A stretch of DNA of 15,015 nt from an archaeon. Lineage in GTDB: Archaea > Asgardarchaeota > Thorarchaeia > Thorarchaeales > Thorarchaeaceae. Positions 7,652-15,015 of the stretch are shown one piece after another (positions within the stretch are counted from its first letter, which is position 1; every line of letters begins with the position of its first letter). The notes under the pieces were generated by a model. That model searched no databases. It saw only the letters and a list, made by a program, of their open reading frames with translations, and was not told the origin of the DNA. Position numbers and translations under genes: made by a program. The stretch spans positions 1 through 15,015 of the forward strand of contig JAJRWI010000063.1 in NCBI GenBank assembly GCA_024276825.1, read 5' to 3'.

Positions 7652-8857
7652 TCATTTTTCCTTCATCAAGATTAACAGTAGAAAGAAGATGGCAAATGAG
7701 AGTATTGAGAGCATCAGATAGGGCAGGAGGATTTGAAAGTCACCAAGCCATCCCCCAAGAATTGGTCCGATGAAAAAGCCGATTCCGGCTAAACTCTCAA
7801 CAATTCCAGCATGCGTTCCTTTTTCGTTCTCAGTGGCAGAGATAATCGTGTAGATACCCCCAAGATAGAGGAATCCAACACCAAGACCACTGGTAATCAT
7901 TGCAATAAATAGGTAGATGTAATTCTGAGTGAAGAATATAGCAAGCATGCTAAGACCTGTAATAATAGTTCCACCCTTCATGACATTATCTATCCAAGAT
8001 TGATCAATTCCCGTGCATATGACAAAACCGATTGTCCTAGCAAGATTCCAAATTAGCAACAATTCACCAAAAGTCTGCGATGTATACATCGGCAGCGATT
8101 CAATATATGTCGGGAACAGACCTAATAGCACGGTTGATACAAACCCAAAGAGCATCAGCGCAAGATATGAGCCTATGAATCTAGGACTGGTCTTGAGACC
8201 CGCTGTATCAATCTGCGGGGGGCTGGTTTCTCTATCGTCTGTGTTGTTTAAACTTAGAGCCTCACTTGTATAATTCTTAACAAGAGTCAGTATAATTGCT
8301 AGGGAAACAATCTCAGCAATGATGACCACATAGATGCTAGTTATATTGCCAAAGTTCATTGCCATGTAAGCAATTATGAAAGGGCTGAGTATCATTCCAG
8401 CACTCCAAGAAGTAGAGAATCTGGCAAGGACTGACTTTTGATTATGAGGATTTAGTTCTGCAACCATTGCCTCGATTGTTGGATAAAACAGCCCAAAGAA
8501 AAAGCCCTCAAGTGCTCTAATTATAATAAGATGAATGGGTAGTATGAATGGTAGTGGATATAATGCCAGAACCGCAAGATAGCAGATAGTCGCAATGATT
8601 AGAGACCTTTTCCGACCAATACGATCGGATATTCGACCACCAATAAAAGGCGAGAACATATAGACAATACCAAATGACCCCATTGTCCAACCAATGATAT
8701 ACTGTGAAGCATGCAGCTCTCCGGCATACCAAGGCGCAAAGATCTCTGTGGTTCCAAGAGAGAATGTCGCAATTATAGTCAATATGTAGCCGACTGAGCG
8801 AGCTCGCTTCCTTTCCTGCTCTGACATGTCATTGATGTTTCTTATCTCCATGGACAT
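7652..8857 (-). CDS. Major facilitator superfamily transporter (about 12 TM)
   Basis: MFS motif A 'GRISDRIGRKRS', motif B 'IRALEGFF' and C-terminal 'GPILGGWL', with about 12 hydrophobic segments. Confidence 0.93.
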   Translation of the reverse strand: MSMEIRNINDMSEQERKRARSVGYILTIIATFSLGTTEIFAPWYAGELHASQYIIGWTMGSFGIVYMFSPFIGGRISDRIGRKRSLIIATICYLAVLALYPLPFILPIHLIIIRALEGFFFGLFYPTIEAMVAELNPHNQKSVLARFSTSWSAGMILSPFIIAYMAMNFGNITSIYVVIIAEIVSLAIILTLVKNYTSEALSLNNTDDRETSPPQIDTAGLKTSPRFIGSYLALMLFGFVSTVLLGLFPTYIESLPMYTSQTFGELLLIWNLARTIGFVICTGIDQSWIDNVMKGGTIITGLSMLAIFFTQNYIYLFIAMITSGLGVGFLYLGGIYTIISATENEKGTHAGIVESLAGIGFFIGPILGGWLGDFQILLPYLMLSILSFAIFFLLLILMKEK

Positions 8858-8876
8858 AAAAGGATCAATCCTGTTG

Positions 8877-9890
8877 CTATCTGAGGTTAGGAACGACCTC
8901 TTTGCTTAGAACCGTTGTTGTTTCAATCACATCAGTTCCCGGTACTGGAAACAATACGGGAGTATTGGCACCTGCATCCACGATATCTTGAATCTGCTTT
9001 ATGCAGCTATCAATATCACCAATCACACCAAGGGTTTGAATCATCTTGTCAGTGATGAGCGCGCCAACATTCTCCTTCTTTTGAAGGGCATCTTTGAATG
9101 CCAGTAGTTGATCTTGCGTGACTCCAGCATGCTCCATGAGAGGGCTTGTTAGCGGCGCGTGGGGAACATAGAGTTTCATGAATTCTCGAGCTACTTTGAA
9201 TGCTCTATCAAGGTCATCATCAATCACCATTGGTAGATAAGATACCATCTCAAAATCATCAAGACTTCGATCAGCCGCCTTAGCACCCTTTCTTATTCGC
9301 TCCCATGCAAACTTTATGTAGCTAGGAGTATTAAATATCGATAGAATCACTCCATCACCAATTTCTCCTGCAAGTTTTAGGCCCATTTTTCCCTCAAAGG
9401 CCAGAAATATGGGAGGGTCTTTTCTAACTGGATCAAATATCAATTGGATGTCCTTGGCATTATAGAATTGTCCATTGAAATTAATGCTCTCACCACTCAT
9501 TATAAGTCGAACAAGTCTGACACATTCTTTTGTTCGTGATAATGGCTTTTTAAACTCATAGCCCATTTGGGACATCCAAAACGGCACACCTGAACCAAGA
9601 CCAAAAACACATCGCTTGTTGGTCAACTCGTCCACAGTGGCAAATTCCATTGCAATCAATGCAGGATGACGCGTGTAGGGGTTGATTACACCAAGCCCAA
9701 TCCGAATCTTATCGGTCACCATCCCCGCGGCAGTAATGTAAGGAATACCACCTCTGAAGAAGTAATCTTCAGCAAACCAGACTGATCCAAAGCCTAACTT
9801 CTCGGCAGTCTTGGCTAGTTCTACTGCTTCACGAACAGGAAACACTCCCGTCATTGCTACTCCAAATTCTTTGAACCCGTTCATTTTCAT
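8877..9890 (-). CDS. LLM (luciferase-like) class flavin/F420-dependent oxidoreductase, Mer-like
   Basis: 'LAKTAEKLGFGSVWFAEDY', 'IRIGLGVINPYTRHPALIAMEFATVDEL', 'FGLGSG' and 'LAGEIGDGV'. The start could be GTG 9893, ATG 9890 or ATG 9884. Confidence 0.9.
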   Translation of the reverse strand: MKMNGFKEFGVAMTGVFPVREAVELAKTAEKLGFGSVWFAEDYFFRGGIPYITAAGMVTDKIRIGLGVINPYTRHPALIAMEFATVDELTNKRCVFGLGSGVPFWMSQMGYEFKKPLSRTKECVRLVRLIMSGESINFNGQFYNAKDIQLIFDPVRKDPPIFLAFEGKMGLKLAGEIGDGVILSIFNTPSYIKFAWERIRKGAKAADRSLDDFEMVSYLPMVIDDDLDRAFKVAREFMKLYVPHAPLTSPLMEHAGVTQDQLLAFKDALQKKENVGALITDKMIQTLGVIGDIDSCIKQIQDIVDAGANTPVLFPVPGTDVIETTTVLSKEVVPNLR

Positions 9891-9897
9891 CACTTCG

Positions 9898-9931
9898 AAA
9901 AAAGAAAGAGGGGGGAGGAAACCCCTCTTTC
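9898..9931 (-). terminator. Stem-loop plus T-run between the AOR and LLM genes (intra-operon terminator/attenuator or stability hairpin)
   Basis: GAAAGAGGGG-(8 nt)-CCCCTCTTTC is a perfect 10-bp stem at 9904-9931 that overlaps the AOR stop codon. On the minus strand it is followed by TTTTTT. Confidence 0.6.
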
Positions 9932-11852
9932 ATGGCGGCAGTTTATCCAATTGCTCTAGGAAGTCTGCTACATCCTTGAGTCCCAGTTTCTCATAGGTCG
10001 CACGATATGGCCAGCTTGTCTTCAGATCCCATTCATGTAAAGCGTAATATCTGTCAAGCATATGATCCAATTCATCTCTTGAATTCATTGCACCCTTCAA
10101 TGGCCCTGAAGCAGCACCCTCATTCATTAATCTCCATGGAAGATCATCATGATCTCGGGTAGCACCGCGAGTCACATTGAATGCTTTTTCGAGCGTGACC
10201 ACCCTTCTACCAGTGAACATGAGCTCTTCCTCTGTCATCTCAATTCCAGTTGCTGCTGCATATAATCGTGCCATGTTATTTGGATTCACTCCATAAGCTG
10301 CTGTTGAAGTAAATACACAGAACCCAAGTGCTTCGGAGATCTCATAACAGTCCTCGTGCCAGCGCACAATTTCTGCTCTATATTCAGTATGATGCGGTGA
10401 AGCCCATTTTTTATCGCCAGTGAGCTTCTCGATGAGTTCTACAGCTTCTGGACTGGCTCCAAATTCTGCAAAGGTCTCAGTCATGAGGTGATCATTGCCT
10501 CGTGGATTTACAGCGAATGCCAATGCATAAGCCTTGGCCGATCTCGTTTCCACATTTGATTGTTCGAGTCCCTTTGAGTTCATTATGGCCCACTTGTAAG
10601 ACTCTTTACCAACCTTCTTGGTTGCGACTTTGAGCCCTTCAGCAAGAAGTTCGCCTAGATTGCCCTTCCTTGTCGCCATGGCCTCAATCATTTTGAACAA
10701 CTCCTCCTTTTTGCCCCAATCCAGCTCAAGGCCATCAGTATCATCCTTAGTGAGAACGCCTCGGACATAACTCTCAATGGCCCATTGCGAAATTGTGCCA
10801 GCTGATATAGTATCAAGACCAAGTCGGTTGCATATCTCATTAGCGACAATAACTGCTTCAGTATCAATAACACCGGGACCATGTCCAAGGGCACCGAAGG
10901 TTTCATATTCTGGTCCCCCGCTATACTTGCCCTTGAATGGTCCCTCATCAATCCTGCAAAATCTATGGCACCCAATTGTGCATCCAAAGCAGGCAACCCG
11001 TCGTTTCAGGTATCCCTTTTCAACCAAAGCTTGTCCGGTGATAGGATGAACATTGTCTGAATGCCCGATTTGCCAGTTTCTACCTGGAAATGCATGCAAT
11101 TCATTAACAGCAGGAATGGAGCCAGAGGTCCCATAATCGTGCAATGAAATGGCCCCGCTATCGACCTTGAGAAGTTCTCTCATCTCCTTTGCGATCTCAG
11201 CGAACTTCTTGGGATCTTTGATCTTGACTGGACGAGTTCCCTTGACGGCTACGGCCTTTAGTTTCTTCCTGCCCATTACTGCTGCTCCGCCACCTCTGGC
11301 TGCAGCATGATAGAGCGAAATATGAATTGAGGCTGGCTTGACGAGCTTCTCTCCAGCGGGGCCAATATAAAGTCCCCTGCATTCTTCGCCGTGCCATTTC
11401 TTGAGTAGTCTGTCTGTTTCATGGATATCCTTGCCCCAGAGATCTTTTGCATCTCTAATTTCAACATGATCATCTTCAATCAGGATATATGATGGTTTCT
11501 CAGCCTGCCCATGAACCACAAGATGGTCATAGCCTGCAAACTTTAATTCGGCTCCCCAATGTCCACCACTATTGGATTTAAGATAGAATCCTGTAACAGC
11601 GCCTATTGTGGTTACAGAGGTTCTTCCAGAACAGGGGGCAGTAGTTCCAGTGACTGCGCCAGGAGCAAAAATGATCACATTTCTTGGATCATCCCATGTG
11701 ATTTCAGGATCTTTGCAATAGTTCCATAAAAGTTTTGCATTAATACCTCTGGAGCCAACATAGAGCTTTCTCCATTCTTCAGGAAGGTCCTCAATCCAGA
11801 CCCTTCCTTCAGTCAAGTCGACATGAAGTATTTTACCTTGATGACCATACAT
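9930..11852 (-). CDS. aor: Aldehyde:ferredoxin oxidoreductase family (tungstopterin, [4Fe-4S]) catalytic subunit
   Basis: 'GKILHVDLT', 'SNSGGHWGAELKFAGYD', 'IGPAGE', 'AARGGGAAVMGRKKLKAV', 'CFGCTIGC', 'GPEYET', 'LGLDTISAG', 'GFCVF' and 'YYALHEWD'. Confidence 0.95.
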   Translation of the reverse strand: MYGHQGKILHVDLTEGRVWIEDLPEEWRKLYVGSRGINAKLLWNYCKDPEITWDDPRNVIIFAPGAVTGTTAPCSGRTSVTTIGAVTGFYLKSNSGGHWGAELKFAGYDHLVVHGQAEKPSYILIEDDHVEIRDAKDLWGKDIHETDRLLKKWHGEECRGLYIGPAGEKLVKPASIHISLYHAAARGGGAAVMGRKKLKAVAVKGTRPVKIKDPKKFAEIAKEMRELLKVDSGAISLHDYGTSGSIPAVNELHAFPGRNWQIGHSDNVHPITGQALVEKGYLKRRVACFGCTIGCHRFCRIDEGPFKGKYSGGPEYETFGALGHGPGVIDTEAVIVANEICNRLGLDTISAGTISQWAIESYVRGVLTKDDTDGLELDWGKKEELFKMIEAMATRKGNLGELLAEGLKVATKKVGKESYKWAIMNSKGLEQSNVETRSAKAYALAFAVNPRGNDHLMTETFAEFGASPEAVELIEKLTGDKKWASPHHTEYRAEIVRWHEDCYEISEALGFCVFTSTAAYGVNPNNMARLYAAATGIEMTEEELMFTGRRVVTLEKAFNVTRGATRDHDDLPWRLMNEGAASGPLKGAMNSRDELDHMLDRYYALHEWDLKTSWPYRATYEKLGLKDVADFLEQLDKLPP

Positions 11853-12347
11853 TTACTCTTTAACCCCCTTGTGATAATTGCGATATTCAGCCATTCGTTT
11901 AGACCTCAGCTGCTTCTTCAATCTGAGACTCTCATCATTAGCGGGCACCCATTGAAGCGCGCCCGCAACACAATGTTGGACGCAATATGGGTCATTTCCA
12001 CACAAATTACATATCATGGCCACATTTGTTTCTGGATGTAGACGAATTCCGTGATATATACAGGCCTCTACACACGATCCGCAACCAGTGCATAGATCTT
12101 TATCCACATGAATTATGCCTGTCTTTTCATCTCTTGTGAGTGCATTCTCGTGACAGGCGTCAGTGCAAGGATGCGGGTCGCACTGCTCACACAATAACGG
12201 AAGACCAATTGCGAACTCTTCATTCTTAAAGATTTTAATTCGACTTCTGAAAGGGTCGAACATTTCTTCTTTAATTAAAGAACACGCAAGAGTACATTGT
12301 TTGCAACCAGTGCATTTGTCCATATCAACAAGCAGCAGGTTTTCCAT
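11853..12347 (-). CDS. 4x[4Fe-4S] polyferredoxin electron-transfer subunit (DmsB/AOR small-subunit type)
   Basis: Four Cys groups: CTGCKQCTLAC, CEQC....CTDAC, CTGCGSCVEAC, CNLC.....CVQHC. Its TAA stop directly abuts the AOR ATG (TAAATG). Confidence 0.93.
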   Translation of the reverse strand: MENLLLVDMDKCTGCKQCTLACSLIKEEMFDPFRSRIKIFKNEEFAIGLPLLCEQCDPHPCTDACHENALTRDEKTGIIHVDKDLCTGCGSCVEACIYHGIRLHPETNVAMICNLCGNDPYCVQHCVAGALQWVPANDESLRLKKQLRSKRMAEYRNYHKGVKE

Positions 12348-12370
12348 TTCTTATACATCCCAAGCTAATT

Positions 12371-12399
12371 TCTTAAAGTTGACTTAATATTGTATACAA
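12371..12399 (-). promoter_or_regulatory. Putative archaeal promoter of the ferredoxin-AOR operon, with an upstream palindrome
   Basis: Minus-strand TTTAAGA (12377-12371) lies about 24-30 nt upstream of the ATG at 12347. The perfect palindrome TTGTATACAA is at 12390-12399. Confidence 0.5.
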
Positions 12400-12606
12400 C
12401 CCACTTTTTAATTTGTTGTTTAACTTAGTTGGCATAGTAAAATGCCAAAGACTATCTTCAAAATCAATGCTGTTGACTAAGAAGAAGTTGCAACATATCC
12501 AACAGCCCTGATTGAAATATCACAATTGAAAAGCTTGCAATCTCAATCGGGTTAGATGTTGAATATGGCCAGATATCGAGACTTTCAGGATATTCTAGAA
12601 TTTGCC

Positions 12607-13260
12607 TCATGAATTTATAATATCAACAATGAGTTTCTTTCGTACATTTTTCTCAGAAACCAAATACTCATAAATCTGGTTTTCAGGGATATTCTGAATG
12701 AGATGAGCCATGCTTGTTTTATAGGCATTCATTAACTTGCGAACCTTCAATTGAGGATAAATAAACAAGAATAGGCTAAAGATCAGATCTAAAATTACCA
12801 ACGCAAGTCCCAAAAGCATTCGCATGAAAGTACATGCTCTGATTATTCTAGCAATAATATTGCCAATGCTTAATATTGCACTAATTCCAATAATTAACAG
12901 ACTAACTTTAGTCAATGCATTTGTGATATTCCAATAAAACGTAGTAAAGAATATGTAATAGCTTTTCTTTGATAGAATATCAATTAATTCCATCATCTTG
13001 ATTTTATCTTTGGCTTCTTTATCAGTCGAATGATGTTTAGTTGTTCAACAAGCTTGAATAGGAGTAGCTTGTTTTGTTCCTCATTGAAGGAGTTTGGTTG
13101 CAATGCACCAAATAACTAAAAGAACAAGATCTGAAATTATATTGCGTTCCAAGTCATTGAATAAATAATAAACAATTGGAAGTATTTCCATTTCTAAAAA
13201 TACAACTAACGTAGCTACTTTATGGCCAAGTCCAAGTTTAAACCGCATAAATATGCAAGC
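12607..13260 (-). pseudogene. Possibly decayed AT-rich membrane-protein gene; the intact remnant is ORF 12607..12996 (129 aa, 2-3 hydrophobic segments)
   Basis: The frame of ORF 12607..12996 continues upstream to about 13272, through TGA stops at 13047-13045 and 13083-13081, and encodes further hydrophobic text (ACIFMRFKLGLGHKVATLVVFLEMEILPIVYYLF...). The region is very AT-rich. Confidence 0.3.
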
Positions 13261-13473
13261 TTTCCTTTTGCAGATTCATCGAAATACAACGAGTCACTCC
13301 AATAATAACTATCCTCAGGCTGACATTGCATTGCTGGCATCAAGTTCACAATTCATTCTAATGGATTATTGAGCTCACAAAAAACATCCTATTAAGAATT
13401 CTCCAAATATTAGGTCGATGGATGTCATTCTGCAAATAATAGTAAAAATACTTCTAGAACTACTAAAAGCATG

Positions 13474-13510
13474 AAAAAAAGGAACGGAAGTAGGGAATAA
13501 TCCCCACTTC
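13474..13510 (-). terminator. Stem-loop plus T-tract after the LanC-like gene
   Basis: Minus strand GAAGTGGGGA-TTAT-TCCCTACTTC forms a 10-bp stem with one G-U pair (13510-13487), followed by CGTTCCTTTTTTT. Confidence 0.65.
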
Positions 13511-13520
13511 GTTTTTGGAT

Positions 13521-15014
13521 CTACTTTCGTCTTACAAGGATGAAGACAACAGCGATGAGCACAAGGTTCAATGCTATTGATCCATATAGGGCCATCTGGA
13601 ATGTTGCTGGAATTTCACCAGCAGCCGGAGTTGTCGTTGTGATTGGTTCAGTTGTTGTAGTTGTTTCGGTTGTGGTTGTTGTAGTTGCTTCTTCGTTGAT
13701 AGTTACAATTACAGTGTCAGTTGTGGTGCGTCCAAAGAAATCGGTAACGGTGATAGTGTAATTGTATGTTCCAGCTGTAGTAGTATCAACACTGATTGAA
13801 ACATCTTCACCCGAGCCGAATGAATCTGATGACTGCAATATGCTGCCATCAAGGTACACGATCCAGCCACCCGGATAGAGGTCTTCAAGTGTCCATGTTA
13901 TATCAATGGCATCATTAACATTGCTAACGATATCATCGGGGCTTGATACTGTTGGTGCGTCAAAATCCACAACGGGATATGAAGTGCTTGAATGCAGGAG
14001 GAAGTAGCCCGCACCAGCAACACCATAGTAGAGACCCATGTGTACATCTGTGGTCTTATCGGACTGAGTCCACGATGAACCAGAGGATTCCTTGTATGCC
14101 AAATTGCTTAGAGCCTTTAGCACGCCCTGAAAGACTTGCCAGTAGCTGTAATCATGGGTCAATCTGTAGCCTTGAAGCATGAACATTCCTGTTCCAGCAA
14201 GACCATGACCCATTGCAGTTGCAATTCTGTCATTATCGCTGGCATCTGCCCAAAGCAGGCCTCCATTTACCTCGGTAGCATTGTTCTTGAGAAATTCAAG
14301 AATCTGAACCACATAGTTCTTGTAGGTTGGATTGCCTGTTGCATAATATAGTCGTGTAAAGAACCCGCCAATGCCCGCAGGTGAGCGACTCCAACCACCG
14401 AACTTGTAGGATTTTAAGGCTGTTGCATTGTTGTCAGGATAGTAGTATCCATTGTCCTCCTCATGAGTCGCATCTATCCACTCTGCAATGCCATTCGCAT
14501 ATTGAAGGAATGTAGCATTGTTGTACAGATCATACATCTCAAGGAAGAAGATACCAATTCCGGCATCGCCATGCCATCGACCAACGAACCTCTCTGTGTT
14601 GCCATTGTAACGGGTCCATGAATATCCACCTTCACTGTCATCAGCATAGTAGATCAGTCCCTCAATGGTCTTGTTCGCGGCCTCAGCGTATGTCTGATTA
14701 GCGGTGGCGAGATACAGGTTAATGAAATACCCGCCTATACCTGGTGTTCCAAAGGTCCACCGTGTGCTGAGTTGAGTGCTGTTGTCAGCCCCTTCTTTTT
14801 CAACCCACATATAACCATGACTCTTGTTTGCCATTGAGAAGAGCCAGTTTGCAGCACCTTCTGCATAGGCAAGGTAGTTGCTATCGCCAGTGGTTCTATA
14901 CAGGTCGAGGAAGAAGGTTCCAATGCCTGCTGCTCCAGCATACATGCCAGTATAGTTGTTTGATGTTGATGCAATTGTGTTGTCAGCCTCAAATGCCTGT
15001 GGCCACTTGTAGCC
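13521..15014 (-). CDS. Membrane-anchored extracellular LanC-like (alpha/alpha toroid) protein with Ig-like domain, Thr-rich linker and C-terminal TM anchor (5'-truncated)
   Basis: The frame is open to the window end (GYKWPQAFEADNTIASTSNNYTG-M). It has six ~60-aa repeats with GxxG-type loops (GAAG, GTPG, GDAG, SPAG, GLAG, GVAG), a beta-rich domain 'DITWTLED...GTYNYTITVTD', a poly-Thr linker, and the TM 'MALYGSIALNLVLIAVVFILV' followed by RRK. Confidence 0.8.
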   Translation of the reverse strand, partial: GYKWPQAFEADNTIASTSNNYTGMYAGAAGIGTFFLDLYRTTGDSNYLAYAEGAANWLFSMANKSHGYMWVEKEGADNSTQLSTRWTFGTPGIGGYFINLYLATANQTYAEAANKTIEGLIYYADDSEGGYSWTRYNGNTERFVGRWHGDAGIGIFFLEMYDLYNNATFLQYANGIAEWIDATHEEDNGYYYPDNNATALKSYKFGGWSRSPAGIGGFFTRLYYATGNPTYKNYVVQILEFLKNNATEVNGGLLWADASDNDRIATAMGHGLAGTGMFMLQGYRLTHDYSYWQVFQGVLKALSNLAYKESSGSSWTQSDKTTDVHMGLYYGVAGAGYFLLHSSTSYPVVDFDAPTVSSPDDIVSNVNDAIDITWTLEDLYPGGWIVYLDGSILQSSDSFGSGEDVSISVDTTTAGTYNYTITVTDFFGRTTTDTVIVTINEEATTTTTTETTTTTEPITTTTPAAGEIPATFQMALYGSIALNLVLIAVVFILVRRK

Positions 15015-15015
15015 A

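Noticed and set aside
8877-9893. Calling the LLM gene 'mer' (methylene-H4MPT reductase)
   Set aside because: It has family-level similarity only. There is no C1-pathway context, and many archaeal LLM paralogues share these motifs.
12442-12610. Short plus-strand frame with an LRR-like phrase (PTALIEISQLKSLQ)
   Set aside because: It is bounded by stops within about 25 codons and shows only a single weak match, which is not supportable.
13045-13083. Selenocysteine or TGA readthrough in the AT-rich ORF
   Set aside because: There is no redox-motif context or recognisable SECIS, and gene decay is the simpler explanation.
13628-13688. GTT/GTA/GTG-rich tandem-like repeat
   Set aside because: It encodes the poly-Thr linker of the surface protein. 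There is no repeat-spacer structure, so it is not a CRISPR array or independent repeat.
13521-15014. Lanthipeptide biosynthetic cluster
   Set aside because: The Zn-ligand cysteines are absent, the protein appears extracellular and membrane-anchored, and no dehydratase or precursor gene is visible.

Overview
Gene-dense prokaryotic window, most likely archaeal and probably Asgard (Thorarchaeota-like). This placement is inferred from TATA-like promoters, GGTGA/GGAGTGA ribosome-binding sites, an archaeal-type APC permease C-terminus, and a membrane-anchored surface protein with an Ig-like domain and Thr-rich linker. Positions ~1-12350 look like one uncharacterised catabolic/uptake cluster. It contains an APC amino-acid permease (5'-truncated), two hypothetical proteins (one apparently with tandem PH-like repeats), two divergent DUF917 paralogues, an Icc-type metallophosphoesterase set head-to-head with a nucleotidyltransferase-fold protein, and an Asp/Glu/hydantoin racemase. 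A convergent operon encodes a 4x[4Fe-4S] subunit, a tungsten-type aldehyde:ferredoxin oxidoreductase, an LLM/F420-type oxidoreductase and an MFS transporter. An AT-rich, apparently decayed stretch follows (~12400-13470), then a 5'-truncated LanC-like alpha/alpha-barrel surface protein that lacks the zinc-binding cysteines. Four stem-loop + T-tract terminator-like elements and several operator-like palindromes are visible. No rRNA, tRNA, CRISPR array or mobile element was seen. All family assignments come from motif recognition by eye; no searches were run.
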